A DNA stretch of 64,000 nt from Clostridia bacterium (GCA_017625935.1 JAGALA010000001.1:34473-98472), one strand, 5' to 3'; numbered from the stretch's first letter, positions 1 to 9,239 are shown. Notes: generated by a model from the sequence alone, not told the origin. A program made the numbers and translations.

Positions 1-683
1 CCGAAGTAGCCGAAAATCACAGCCATTACAATGCGTCCGATAGCATCGCTGAGGTTCTTTTGCGAGCTGTACTCGCGCTTGCTTTTGCCAAAATCAAAGG
101 GGTTGTTTTCCTTCACGCCCTCGCAGGTTAAAACGCTCGGGGTTAACTGCTTGATTTTGATTTTCGCCGCGCGCTCAAACGCTCTTTTTCTTTTTAAGTT
201 TGTGCGCTTCATTTGTCTGCGGCGCCTGCCCTTGACCTCGGCTATTTCGCTATCGCCATATAGCTCGTAATTATACGAGGTGACAATGCCGTCCTCATCG
301 TAAAAATCGCTGTATCTTAGCCCGCCCGTTGCAAGAATCTGACATCGCACTCTTTTTGTTTCGCGCTTGTTTTCGCGCTCGCAAAATTCCTCCAAGCGGT
401 CAAAGTACGGTGAGATTTCGTCTATACTTTGCGAGTATAGCTTCGCGGTTTGGAGCGTTTTTTCGTCGCCTTCGCCGCGGCTGACTCCCATTGAGCGAAA
501 AACGCCGTTGATTAAAAGTCCCACGGTCATACTGATTACACCCGAGGCGATAATTTCAAGCGCGCTTTTGCCTGTTTTTGAAATTATGATAAAGCTGCTT
601 CCGATGTACGCCAAGGAAACAAGCACAACGGCAAGGTAGCCCGCGTTTTTGTAAAACGCATCAAATAACGTGCTTTTCTTCAT
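1..683 (-). CDS. Phage-module membrane protein, partial (C-terminus beyond window edge)
   Basis: It is absent from the ORF track because it has no stop in the window. Manual translation from ATG at 683-681 gives MKKSTLFDAFYKNAGYLAVVLVSLAYIGSSFIIISKTGKSALEIIASGVISMTVGLLINGVF... and stays open to nt 1. It has two N-terminal hydrophobic helices and an Arg/Lys-rich centre. The start lies 1 nt after the stop of 685..1092. Confidence 0.6.
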   Translation of the reverse strand, partial: MKKSTLFDAFYKNAGYLAVVLVSLAYIGSSFIIISKTGKSALEIIASGVISMTVGLLINGVFRSMGVSRGEGDEKTLQTAKLYSQSIDEISPYFDRLEEFCERENKRETKRVRCQILATGGLRYSDFYDEDGIVTSYNYELYGDSEIAEVKGRRRRQMKRTNLKRKRAFERAAKIKIKQLTPSVLTCEGVKENNPFDFGKSKREYSSQKNLSDAIGRIVMAVIFGYF

Positions 684-684
684 A

Positions 685-1092
685 CTACACCCTGCCGCTT
701 AAATCAAGGACCGTTTCTTTTAATATTTCCGCGGTTTTTTGTGCCCCCGTCTTATCCTTTTCGCGCTTTATAAAGAAGCGCACAACGGTTGCTAAAAGCT
801 CACCGATAAGTGCCATTAGCGAAAAGATAAGAAGGTCGGAAATTATGCTTTCAAGAAGGAAGGATAAAAGAAAAGCAAGCCCAAAGAAAACAAGCGTTGA
901 CTTGATTTTCAAATATCCGAGCGCTTTTATCACCAAAATCGCAACCAAAATCACTCCGCCGAAGAGCAAGCGCACGCTCTCGCCCCTTGTCGCTATATAT
1001 CTTTCGTGGTTAATGCCGAAATAGATAAGCGCAGGGGCGAGAGAGCATATAAATGAAAGGACGTACAAAAGCGGCAGCTTAATTTTCTTCAT
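685..1092 (-). CDS. Small multi-pass membrane protein, holin-like by size and position
   Basis: 135 aa with about 4 hydrophobic helices and a charged C-tail (KREKDKTGAQK). It lies downstream of the fibre-like genes and overlaps the upstream ORF by 14 nt. Confidence 0.5.
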   Translation of the reverse strand: MKKIKLPLLYVLSFICSLAPALIYFGINHERYIATRGESVRLLFGGVILVAILVIKALGYLKIKSTLVFFGLAFLLSFLLESIISDLLIFSLMALIGELLATVVRFFIKREKDKTGAQKTAEILKETVLDLSGRV

Positions 1093-1981
1093 TTTTCACC
1101 GCCTCGCTTCCCCTTTTATGTGTCTTTTTTGCGGTGTCCAAGCTTGTTTTTTCCTCATTTTCACCGTTTTCGGTGGGTGAGCCCTCCTTGCTTTCCTTCT
1201 CGTCTAAGAGCGCATTTTCAATATCGTTTTCGTCATCCTCCTTGCCCGACAACGCGCGGCATTTTGAAAGGAGTGCTGAAATTTTTCTGCCGTTTCCGCT
1301 CTTTACCACCGCGTAGCTGCCCGAGAAGCCAAGGGAAACCATCTTGCCGATGTTGTATGCCTCCTCATTCAGCTTGTCCTGTGCTTTTTTAAGCTCGGCA
1401 ATTTCATTTTCAAGCTGAGGGAGCAGCCTTGCAAGCTCGGAAAGCTCCCTCGCCTTGCTTTCAAGCAAGGCGCTTTGGCGCGCAAACTCGCTTTTTCTTT
1501 CGCTTGCCTCATTTTTGAAGTCATCCCTTGCACCCGAGAGGCGTGAAAGGGATTTTTTAATTGCGCCAAGGGATGCAAGCACAGCGGAAAGCGAGGTCAA
1601 AACGCCAACTATTACGGGAATTATTCGTTCTTTTATGTAATTTTTGATTTCCTCGGCACGCAAATCAACCTCGCTTTCATTCTCGGTTGCGCCCTCGCTT
1701 AAGGTATCGTTTTCTGTGATTTCGTTTTCCGTTGCAGAATTTTGCGCACCCTCGTTTGATGTATTTTCCGATGATATATTGACATCATTTTGCGCGCCAC
1801 TGTTTTCCGTGTTACTTGGTGCGTCACTCATCGCGTCGGTCGGTGCTTCGACCGCTTCAATTTCTGTAAGGCCCGCATTTTCTAAGTCCACGCTTGATGC
1901 GCCGCTTATATAGCGGAAGGAAAACAAAAAAACCAGCGTGCAAGCCGCCACAATTCCTATTGTGATTATCGCTTTTTTCAT
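1079..1981 (-). CDS. Membrane-anchored acidic low-complexity / coiled-coil protein (phage module)
   Basis: 300 aa. It has an N-terminal TM helix (IITIGIVAACTLVFLFSF), an N/E/S-rich acidic stretch and a heptad-like C-terminal half (ELSELARLLPQLENEIAELKKAQDKLNEE). There is an ATGA overlap with the upstream gene. Confidence 0.6.
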   Translation of the reverse strand: MKKAIITIGIVAACTLVFLFSFRYISGASSVDLENAGLTEIEAVEAPTDAMSDAPSNTENSGAQNDVNISSENTSNEGAQNSATENEITENDTLSEGATENESEVDLRAEEIKNYIKERIIPVIVGVLTSLSAVLASLGAIKKSLSRLSGARDDFKNEASERKSEFARQSALLESKARELSELARLLPQLENEIAELKKAQDKLNEEAYNIGKMVSLGFSGSYAVVKSGNGRKISALLSKCRALSGKEDDENDIENALLDEKESKEGSPTENGENEEKTSLDTAKKTHKRGSEAVKNEEN

Positions 1982-2229
1982 TTTTTCACCTCGTTCTCAA
2001 TCGGATATATTTCTCCGTTTCGCTCTATAAATTTTACACTCTTGCCGCTTTCTATCGCTTCCCTTGCCTCGGCTGAAAGCGGAAATTTGCCCACGCTTGC
2101 AAAATCAGAGATGCTTGGATTGGTTTTTACGCGGCGCTTACCGTGCGGATCCACGTATTCAAGCTTGTTTTCCGTGTTTTTTATCAGCGCGCCGTCCTCT
2201 ATTTTATATACGTTTTCGTATGCTTTCAT
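1978..2229 (-). CDS. Small phage-module protein (83 aa)
   Basis: The ORF track lists 1978..2283. An AAGGAG RBS (caAGGAGaaataATG) and a TAATG stop/start overlap with the 469-aa ORF favour the ATG at 2229 (MKAYENVYKIEDG...). Confidence 0.6.
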   Translation of the reverse strand: MKAYENVYKIEDGALIKNTENKLEYVDPHGKRRVKTNPSISDFASVGKFPLSAEAREAIESGKSVKFIERNGEIYPIENEVKK

Positions 2230-3638
2230 TATTTCTCCTTGTATTCTAAAGTTATCGTTTTGTCGTCCTTTATCGCACCCCAAAGCTCGCTTGCAATTGG
2301 CGTATAGCCGTCAATTTCGGGCGCGGTCAGCTTATATGCGCTGCCCTTTCTTAAAACGTACTCCGTCCTTGAAATTTCATCGCCGCTTTCGTTTCTGCAA
2401 AGCACGGTAAGTGTTGCGCTATCCCCCTCGTCCAAGGAGTAATATGCAAGCTCAAGCCTTGGATTAAGCTGATAGCCAACTGCGGAAATTTGACCGCTTG
2501 TGCCATACGATGGCAATTTTGCAAGTAGCGTCTCGGCAAGCGACGTGCCTGTAATATCGCGCTCTATTGCCATTCTGCGCTTTGCTATCACCGTGGCTCC
2601 TGCGCCTGCGGCATATGCTCCCTTTAAAAACGAGGTTATCTCCCCGAGGGATTGAGTATATTCAGATGAGGTGGCTTTGTTTCTTTCAAGCTTAATTGCA
2701 AGCTTTGACCCATCGAATATGGAAAAGACATTTTTCCGCGATGTTGGCGGTAGCCACGGCACGTAGTCAAAATATTGGCAGTAGCCCTCAATAATTTTAA
2801 TTAGCGAATCAAAATATGCAAAGACGCCGCCTGAAGCTGATGCAATTTCTTTGTTTATTGCCCACGGCTCACTTCCGCTAAGCTGAAGCTTTATGGAGCC
2901 CTCTCTATATACCACGCGTTTTTTCAGAGCATACAAAACAAGCTCGTCATATTCCGAAAAGAGCATTTCAAACGTAATACCGTCCTTGGTGGTCGTTTTC
3001 GTTGGTAAAGCGACGGTTTTTGATGCACCGTCAATATTAAAGGTGACTCTTACTCCTCTCTCGCCCGCGCTCACAACGGGTGCTTCAAAATCGGGGCAAA
3101 TTTCCGAGGTGATGGATAAATTGCACACATTCCAAAAGTCAATTATTCCGTCGCGCACCTCGCTGACCACGCCGTCCTCGCTTTCCTTGTCGGTTGTATA
3201 TACGTTTGTAAAAACAAGGTGAGTAAAGGTGCTTCCGCTTACCGTATAAGTCTTTCCGCTTGATGAGCAAAGCGGCGTAAGATTTGAAAAAAGCGCGCTC
3301 GCCCCGTCTGATAGGTAGAGCACAACGCCGCCAAGCGCGCCGCTAACACTCAGCCTGTAAGTTAAATTTTTCCCAACAAAACGGGACGGCAAAGCTAAGC
3401 AGTAAGCGCCGGTTACCCCGGCGGGTGAATATGCATCTGCGTTTCTTATAGTCGAGGAATATGCCTGTGCGAGGTTTTGAATGCTTTGCACAGTCGCGCC
3501 CTTGATTTTCAGATACTGACACGGCGCACCCGAATATGAATCATATGAAACGGAGTTCCCGCCCGAGACGCTTTTCAAGGTGCCAACCTTGAAATATGGC
3601 GTGGTTATTCTGCGCTCGAATCTTTTCGTCCCTCTCAC
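2229..3638 (-). CDS. Receptor-binding / tail-fibre-like protein with MucBP-like C-terminal domain
   Basis: 469 aa and beta-rich. The last ~70 aa (ATLTVLCRNESGDEISRTEYVLRKGSAYKLTAPEIDGYTPIAS...KTITLEYKEK) fit the MucBP pattern (V.Y.D..G..I....G..G..Y.....I.GY). It overlaps the upstream fibre gene. Confidence 0.55.
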   Translation of the reverse strand: MRGTKRFERRITTPYFKVGTLKSVSGGNSVSYDSYSGAPCQYLKIKGATVQSIQNLAQAYSSTIRNADAYSPAGVTGAYCLALPSRFVGKNLTYRLSVSGALGGVVLYLSDGASALFSNLTPLCSSSGKTYTVSGSTFTHLVFTNVYTTDKESEDGVVSEVRDGIIDFWNVCNLSITSEICPDFEAPVVSAGERGVRVTFNIDGASKTVALPTKTTTKDGITFEMLFSEYDELVLYALKKRVVYREGSIKLQLSGSEPWAINKEIASASGGVFAYFDSLIKIIEGYCQYFDYVPWLPPTSRKNVFSIFDGSKLAIKLERNKATSSEYTQSLGEITSFLKGAYAAGAGATVIAKRRMAIERDITGTSLAETLLAKLPSYGTSGQISAVGYQLNPRLELAYYSLDEGDSATLTVLCRNESGDEISRTEYVLRKGSAYKLTAPEIDGYTPIASELWGAIKDDKTITLEYKEK

Positions 3639-4762
3639 ATAATCACCTCGTAATCAACCGAGCCAACGCGTGCAAGCAAAACGCCCGATACGCGCTTGAC
3701 GCTTATCTCATAAAGGCGCTTTTGCACGGGATAGAAGCGGCCCTCAAGCGTATCGTCACCCACGAAAAGCAATTCCTCCGGCGCATCGAGCGTGATTTGA
3801 CCGCTTCCCGTCTTAAAGCAAAGAATTGCTTCAAAAAACTCGTCATCGCCTGTGTCAACCGTCAAGCTCGTTAGTGTGCCAAGGTGATATTCGTTCATAT
3901 TTTCAAGCATCACGCTCTCACCCGTTACGGTGTGCTTTGTCATAGCATTTTCCTTTTTCAAAATTGCTTCCTCTGCGCTTTTTAATCTCTCATCAAGCGC
4001 TTCTGTAATACCAACAAGATAGCTTTTTTGCTCATCCACATCATCCTTTTTAGCAAAAAGCGATGCTTCAAGGCGCCCCTCGGAGCTGCCCAAGCGCACG
4101 CCGTCAATATAGTATTTCTTGTTCGGCTCAAGCCTTGCGCCCGTGGCAATATCATTCATATCAAGTGAGATATCACCATCTTTTTTAGACACTCCCACGC
4201 CAAAAACGGTGAAATCGGGCAGCTCGGGGTCCTCTAAAAGAAGGACGTCGCCAACGCGCGCCTCGCTCGTGGCGTATTCGAAAAGCTCCATCTCGTCGCC
4301 GAAGCTCACCACCTGATTTTTGCCTTGGGCAAGTATAGCTACAACCTCAAGCTCATCTGCAATATCGTTTATCGCCTCTCTTATATCTGCGTGGGCACTT
4401 GCGCTTTGGTTGTGGCTGTTTTTCTCGTCCGTGATTTTTTGGCGGATGTGAGCGTGGGCGCTTTCGCTTGCGTCGTGCTCGCTCAGTGCCATAGCGACAG
4501 CCTCGCCAAGCTCCGCTATTCTTTCTAAAGCCTCGTCAATTTCAAGCGCGGTTGCATCAAGCTCCGTGTCGATTTCTCCGAGGTGCAAATTGATTTTCTC
4601 GGCAAGCGTTTTTATGAACTGATAAAAATATCTTTTCGTTTGCGACGCCTTTTGTCCGAGTGCGGCGGGGGAATCCGCAAGAGAGTACGGTGAATTGAGT
4701 ATCACCTCGTTCACCTCGCCGCCTGTTATTTTAAATCTGTCACTCAATTGTTTTTCCTCCAT
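3635..4762 (-). CDS. Tail-fibre-like coiled-coil protein
   Basis: 375 aa. It has an N-terminal coiled coil carrying a duplicated His-rich motif (SESAHAHIRQKI / SASAHADIREAI) and a beta-rich C-terminal half. This composition and its position are typical of phage fibres. Confidence 0.55.
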   Translation of the reverse strand: MEEKQLSDRFKITGGEVNEVILNSPYSLADSPAALGQKASQTKRYFYQFIKTLAEKINLHLGEIDTELDATALEIDEALERIAELGEAVAMALSEHDASESAHAHIRQKITDEKNSHNQSASAHADIREAINDIADELEVVAILAQGKNQVVSFGDEMELFEYATSEARVGDVLLLEDPELPDFTVFGVGVSKKDGDISLDMNDIATGARLEPNKKYYIDGVRLGSSEGRLEASLFAKKDDVDEQKSYLVGITEALDERLKSAEEAILKKENAMTKHTVTGESVMLENMNEYHLGTLTSLTVDTGDDEFFEAILCFKTGSGQITLDAPEELLFVGDDTLEGRFYPVQKRLYEISVKRVSGVLLARVGSVDYEVIM

Positions 4763-4767
4763 TTATT

Positions 4768-7245
4768 TTAGCTTACGTAGTATTCAAGCATTAAAAAGCC
4801 AATATAAATCGGCTTTTCGTCGTTTGCGCTGATTTTCACGTCAAGATAGTCAAAGCCGCGCACAAAAAACGGTATTGATATGTGCTTATCAAGCCCGTAG
4901 GTCGTATCAAGGCGGTTAAAATCAAGCGCATCAAAATCAAGTGCGGGGGCGCTTGCGGTTTTCTTTGAATATTTGGCGCTTCGTGTTGAAATTTCCGCAG
5001 TTATTTCGCCCTCGGTGCCACTATATACGTTTAGGTAGAGCTTTGTCACGGTTGCGTTTTTTGCGTGTGTGCCAATTGGAAGCGGCGCGGTTTTGTATTC
5101 GCTTGGAATATCACGTCTCGTTTCAATGAGCAAGCTTGAAAAACCGTCAATTTTAACCACGTCCCCGCCTGTTTTCAGGTATATCGCGCCGTCTTGCCAC
5201 TCTGCCTCGTAAACTGCCGACTGCTTTTTCAGATAGACCGCGTATTCCTCGTCTTCCACAAATATACCGTCGTTTTCCGTATAGCTTGACGTGTCCTCGC
5301 CGTCAAAATACACCTTTTCTCCAAGCACACCGAGCACCGTTTTTTCGACTGCCTCGTCACCGTTTTCAAGCTCTAAAATATCGCCGTGAAAGATTTTGAC
5401 CGAGCCGTCGGGGTAGGTTGGCGCGCCCTCAAAAAAGGAAATGCCGCCGTTTGTTTTTCGCGCCATGCCGAGATAGAGCCTGTGCTCACCAAGCTTCGCG
5501 CTTGAATCACCGTCGAGTCCTGACAAATCGGTAATTATGCGCGTTTTATCCCCCTCGTTGTCAACTATCAAGCTGAGTGTCGCGTATGAATACTCACGCT
5601 CGGTATAATCCTTATATTCCGTGTGCATTTTTCTGATTTCGCCGTCATTTGTGCCAAAGAAAAGCTCGCCGTCAAAGGCGTACGCCACTCTTGCGCCAAA
5701 GCCGTACCACGGGTACCAATCATATTCCTTAGCGCTCTTTGATTTCGGCACACCGACGTAGCACTCGTTTCCTATAAACAGGTAGTATTTGCCACCAAAA
5801 GCAATCGATGCGGCTTCTCTTTTTTCGTCCCTTCCGTATTTTGAAAGCGCGCTATCTATATCGAGCGAGCGCGAGCTCAAAAGACACGCATCGCGCACGC
5901 TTGATTTGTAGTCGTCAACACCGAAAATGCCTTGATTATTAAGCGCTAAGCAGTCGCTGCCGCAAATTGACGTCGAGTGAAGCGAAAACGCACCGAGCGA
6001 GTCGCCCGAGGACGAAACCTCATACCCGTCCCCAACGAATTTGACCCTATAAAACGAGCTTTCCTTGTAAACGCCTATCAAGCTGTCCCAAAGCTGAGCT
6101 ATCGAGGTGATTTTTTCGGACATAGAGCCGATTCTTATTCTGTTCTTTCTCGGAATGTACGAAAAACCGCTTTCGGGGTCGCTGTAATATAGCTCGTTGC
6201 CATTTGTGAAAACGAGCATATCGCCGCCGCTTGCGTGCGTGCAAAGAGTGCCCATCTGAGCGCCCCTTATCAGCTCGTAGTCGTTTTCGGCTGACTCATA
6301 TTCGATAGTGATGTTTTCCTCGTTTGGATACGGCGCGTCAACGTCAAAGCCGAAGCAAATTTCACGGTCGGTCAAGAAGCGCACACCAAATGGAACAGTG
6401 TCGTAATCGTAGATTTTTTCGCCGATTTTTATCTTGATTTTCTCGCCGCGGTCATTTCTCATCGGCTCGGCTAAGAAAAATATAACGTGGTCGTCAATAT
6501 TTGTCCTTGCGTATCTCAAATTGACAATGGTGCTGACCTCCTCGCCCGCCTCGTTAATTCCTACGTACGAGGTTGTATAATCGTTGTCCTCATCCTCTGT
6601 CAGCTTTGTTCTGATTTTTACGTCGATTACAAACGGCTTTTTATAGGTTATCGCGCTGTCAAGCACAAAAATGTTTGGCAGATTCATCTTTTTGTGGGTG
6701 TTTGTGCCCATTAACTTGTTTATTCGGCGCGGGGTTAAGATGTTTGGGCTTTGATACGTCTCGCACCTCATTCCGCTTTGGCGGTCGGTTATCATTTTCG
6801 ACGTTGTCGGAATATACGCATCATCCATAAAATATGCGCTTCTGACGTTTTCTCCGTCGCAAACCAAAATATCGCCCGCGCCGATGATATAAAGCAAGCC
6901 GTCCCTATAAAAGCCGCGTGAGCGCTCGTCCTTTATCGTTATTCCGCTGTCAGGCACAAGCTCACCGATATAATTAAACTGTGCATCGAGCTTAAAAAGG
7001 CGATTGCCCGCGTGCACTATTTTACATTCGTGGGTCTCGCCGTTTTCAGTATAGCCGCAGCTGAAAATCCCGTTGATTCTGAGTGGCGTGCCGTTTTTGT
7101 CCTTAATGGAGGTCACGCTTTTATGTCCGTGTCTTTTGACAAGACCCTCGCCCGCGGGAATTAAATTTTTGAGCGCGCCGTAGCTTCTACCCTCGGAAAG
7201 CCTTGCACCGCCGTTTATGTTTTCAATATGTAGCTTCTTCTTCAT
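4768..7245 (-). CDS. Large phage structural protein (repeated beta-propeller-like G..LY/F.G motifs)
   Basis: 825 aa, the largest ORF of the module, with recurrent motifs (GLLYIIGAGDILVCDG, ELYYSDPESGF, GKYYLFIGNECYVG, GELFFGTNDGEIRKMH). I recognised no family. Confidence 0.5.
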   Translation of the reverse strand: MKKKLHIENINGGARLSEGRSYGALKNLIPAGEGLVKRHGHKSVTSIKDKNGTPLRINGIFSCGYTENGETHECKIVHAGNRLFKLDAQFNYIGELVPDSGITIKDERSRGFYRDGLLYIIGAGDILVCDGENVRSAYFMDDAYIPTTSKMITDRQSGMRCETYQSPNILTPRRINKLMGTNTHKKMNLPNIFVLDSAITYKKPFVIDVKIRTKLTEDEDNDYTTSYVGINEAGEEVSTIVNLRYARTNIDDHVIFFLAEPMRNDRGEKIKIKIGEKIYDYDTVPFGVRFLTDREICFGFDVDAPYPNEENITIEYESAENDYELIRGAQMGTLCTHASGGDMLVFTNGNELYYSDPESGFSYIPRKNRIRIGSMSEKITSIAQLWDSLIGVYKESSFYRVKFVGDGYEVSSSGDSLGAFSLHSTSICGSDCLALNNQGIFGVDDYKSSVRDACLLSSRSLDIDSALSKYGRDEKREAASIAFGGKYYLFIGNECYVGVPKSKSAKEYDWYPWYGFGARVAYAFDGELFFGTNDGEIRKMHTEYKDYTEREYSYATLSLIVDNEGDKTRIITDLSGLDGDSSAKLGEHRLYLGMARKTNGGISFFEGAPTYPDGSVKIFHGDILELENGDEAVEKTVLGVLGEKVYFDGEDTSSYTENDGIFVEDEEYAVYLKKQSAVYEAEWQDGAIYLKTGGDVVKIDGFSSLLIETRRDIPSEYKTAPLPIGTHAKNATVTKLYLNVYSGTEGEITAEISTRSAKYSKKTASAPALDFDALDFNRLDTTYGLDKHISIPFFVRGFDYLDVKISANDEKPIYIGFLMLEYYVS

Positions 7246-7249
7246 TTTC

Positions 7250-7858
7250 TCACCAGCTATATACCGTTTCCACCTCTGACTGCGCTATCGTCTGAGCGAC
7301 GCATTTTGCAAGCCCTTGGGTGAATTTTTGGCGTAAATCCTTTGCTTTTTCGGTATTTTCCTGCGCACAAAGCTCGCTTGCCACAAAGTACGGGATTAGG
7401 CAAGAAACGCTGTCGTCGAGGTCGATTTCGCTCGCATCCTCGGTCACGTATCGCACCATTTGAGCTTTAGGCTTGTAAATTACCTCTATTTCCCCTTTTT
7501 GTGTTCCTGTCAGCATTACTCGCGTGTCGCGCTCGTTGAAGCTAAGCGCCCTGCCGTTTTGATATATCGCTATGATTTTCAAAAGGTCGGGAAGCTCTTT
7601 TTCTAAGTCAAGCAGTCCGCCCGCGCTTTCAAGCCTTGCCGTTGTGCGCTTGGTTTTGGTTGCACCTGCGTTTTCAATTTCGCAAAGCGCGCGGTTGATT
7701 GCAGGCACACAGCTCTCAAGGTAAGCGCGCAGGCTCGGGTCGCACTTAAGCGCGCTTATGCCCTCGTTTACGCTCTCGTCGCTTTCTGCGTCAAAATGCG
7801 CCTCAATCTCGGGGAAAATCAAGAGGAGTGATTGCTTTTTGATTTCTCCAATTTTCAT
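7250..7858 (-). CDS. Phage-module protein, adaptor/connector-like (weak)
   Basis: 202 aa, acidic and helical, lying 4 nt upstream of the 825-aa ORF. The call rests on context only. Confidence 0.4.
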   Translation of the reverse strand: MKIGEIKKQSLLLIFPEIEAHFDAESDESVNEGISALKCDPSLRAYLESCVPAINRALCEIENAGATKTKRTTARLESAGGLLDLEKELPDLLKIIAIYQNGRALSFNERDTRVMLTGTQKGEIEVIYKPKAQMVRYVTEDASEIDLDDSVSCLIPYFVASELCAQENTEKAKDLRQKFTQGLAKCVAQTIAQSEVETVYSW

Positions 7859-7945
7859 TTTTTCTCCTTTTTGGGTCGGCTCATTAAGAATCCGATAAAA
7901 TCAAGTGATTTAGTCCGTTTTTTATTCTTAATGTGACACCCTCCT

Positions 7946-8269
7946 CTAAAAATCCTCAAATTTTAAGTTTTGTCCTGTTTGCTTTTCAGCATCCTTCAGC
8001 TTGTTGCCGGAGGTGTCACGCAGGAACACCGCCGCCTGCGTATCTCCGCCGCAAGCCTTCAGAATTTGCATAAGGAGGACAACCTCCCTATAATTCAAGC
8101 GCCCACCGACAGACGAGCTTTTTATCGCCTGCGGCAGCGCCTCCTCGGGTAGCTCCAGGGCAAGCAGGGAGTCAAGCGTTTCCTTGAAGGAAACAAGCTC
8201 CCGCACTCGCCTTTTGCTTTTCTTTACAGCCATTTTGCCGACCGTTTCCGATGCTTTTTCCTTTGTCAT
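7946..8269 (-). CDS. Small basic/helical protein, first gene of the phage-like module
   Basis: 107 aa with a Lys/Arg-rich N-terminus (KMAVKKSKRRVRE) followed by a helical region. Function is unknown. Confidence 0.45.
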   Translation of the reverse strand: MTKEKASETVGKMAVKKSKRRVRELVSFKETLDSLLALELPEEALPQAIKSSSVGGRLNYREVVLLMQILKACGGDTQAAVFLRDTSGNKLKDAEKQTGQNLKFEDF

Positions 8270-8355
8270 ATGCCCTCTCTTTCCTTTAACCGCTCATGCG
8301 GCTTTTACCCTTCGCACCCTCATTATTGCATAAAAAAAGCGGTACAGAACGGTAC

Positions 8356-8495
8356 ATTTTCATACAATTTGTGTTTTCAAATTGATTCCATACAAGCATA
8401 TCACTTGATTCCATGCACCTAACGGTGATGCCATACAATGCGTTGCATTGATTTAATACAAGCCACAGGCTTGATCGATGATTTTGAGCGCAAAA
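8356..8495 (-). repeat. Hairpin array A: 6 different short hairpins joined by ATTCCATA-like 8-mers
   Basis: The hairpins are caattt..aaattg, caag..cttg, cacc..ggtg, caatgc..gcattg, caagcc..ggcttg and ttttg..caaaa. They are separated by attccata, attccatg, atgccata, atttaata. On the minus strand the linker reads TATGGAAT. Confidence 0.7.
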
Positions 8496-8522
8496 AAAGA
8501 ACAGGCGGTTGCCTGTTCTTTT
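8491..8522 (-). terminator. Rho-independent terminator of the dxs-lipoprotein transcript
   Basis: The stem is aagaacaggc / gcctgttctt with loop ggtt. An A7 run on plus gives a U-run on the minus transcript. Confidence 0.75.
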
Positions 8523-8580
8523 AGTATTTTATTTTGAAATATTATTCTTCTATGTCAGGGAGTTGGAGACAAGGAACCGT

Positions 8581-8616
8581 CCCCTGTCTTATTCCCTGTC
8601 TTAGTCCCCTGTCTTA
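8581..8616. repeat. Three tandem CCCTGTCTTA decamers spanning the stop codon of 8601..9239
   Basis: The sequence is cccctgtctta ttccctgtctta gtcccctgtctta. The third copy encodes the C-terminal KTGD plus the stop. Confidence 0.8.
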
Positions 8617-9239
8617 TCAGCGGAAGCGCCTATATATTTTTCATTTTCTACACATTCAAATTCAAATGACATTTTTTCCCCGTCTATATCGATGATTTTT
8701 AGAGATAAGCTTTGAGAAAGCAGTGCAGTTATTGCTTCTTCACTTTTTTTAGGATAGTTGATTCTATATATATCCGTCTCATTAATTACGATTATTTTTA
8801 CCTCTCCGCTTTCGCTCGAATAAGAATAACAGTGCCAAATGCTTAAATCAAATCCGTCATCATTATCTTCCTTCATCGAGGTATTGTAATATATCTGTGC
8901 TTGCTCTGCTTCTTTGAACTCATACGCAAATATCTCAAAGCTATATTCTTCACATTCATATTTTGCTAAATATTGATTTTCGTATTCCAAGCCGTTCAAA
9001 AATTCGTCTGCGCTTACTGCGTATTTTTCTACACTTCCGTATTCACAAAAGCGCTTTCCCATATTTTCAAGCTCTTCTGTGGTCTCGTATATGTAAAACT
9101 CATCAAAGCTATTATCCATAATTCTATTTGCGAGATATAAAAAGTTAGTAAACATCTCTAACGCACAAGCAGGAAAGCATAATAAAACAATAGCCAACAT
9201 TAATAATAATGCAAGCACTTTAGTAATCGTTTTTTTCAT
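8601..9239 (-). CDS. Secreted/membrane-anchored hypothetical protein
   Basis: The track ORF is 8601..9263. An AGGAGAG RBS sits 5 nt before the ATG at 9239 (MKKTITKVLALLLMLAIVLLCFPAC...), giving a signal/anchor helix with a lipobox-like FPAC. I found no family match. Confidence 0.7.
   Translation of the reverse strand: MKKTITKVLALLLMLAIVLLCFPACALEMFTNFLYLANRIMDNSFDEFYIYETTEELENMGKRFCEYGSVEKYAVSADEFLNGLEYENQYLAKYECEEYSFEIFAYEFKEAEQAQIYYNTSMKEDNDDGFDLSIWHCYSYSSESGEVKIIVINETDIYRINYPKKSEEAITALLSQSLSLKIIDIDGEKMSFEFECVENEKYIGASADKTGD

Larger units (their letters stand above)
1..8270 (-). mobile_element. Prophage-like late-gene module (receptor-binding/tail-fibre-like plus membrane/lysis-like genes). 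It looks truncated at its 5-prime side and continues past the left window edge.
   Basis: Nine consecutive minus-strand ORFs have overlapping or abutting stop/start codons (ATGA, TAATG, 14-nt overlaps). The products are fibre-like coiled-coil and beta-rich proteins followed by small multi-TM proteins. No capsid, portal, terminase-large or integrase gene is visible, and host genes (dxs) start right after 8.6 kb. Confidence 0.5.
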
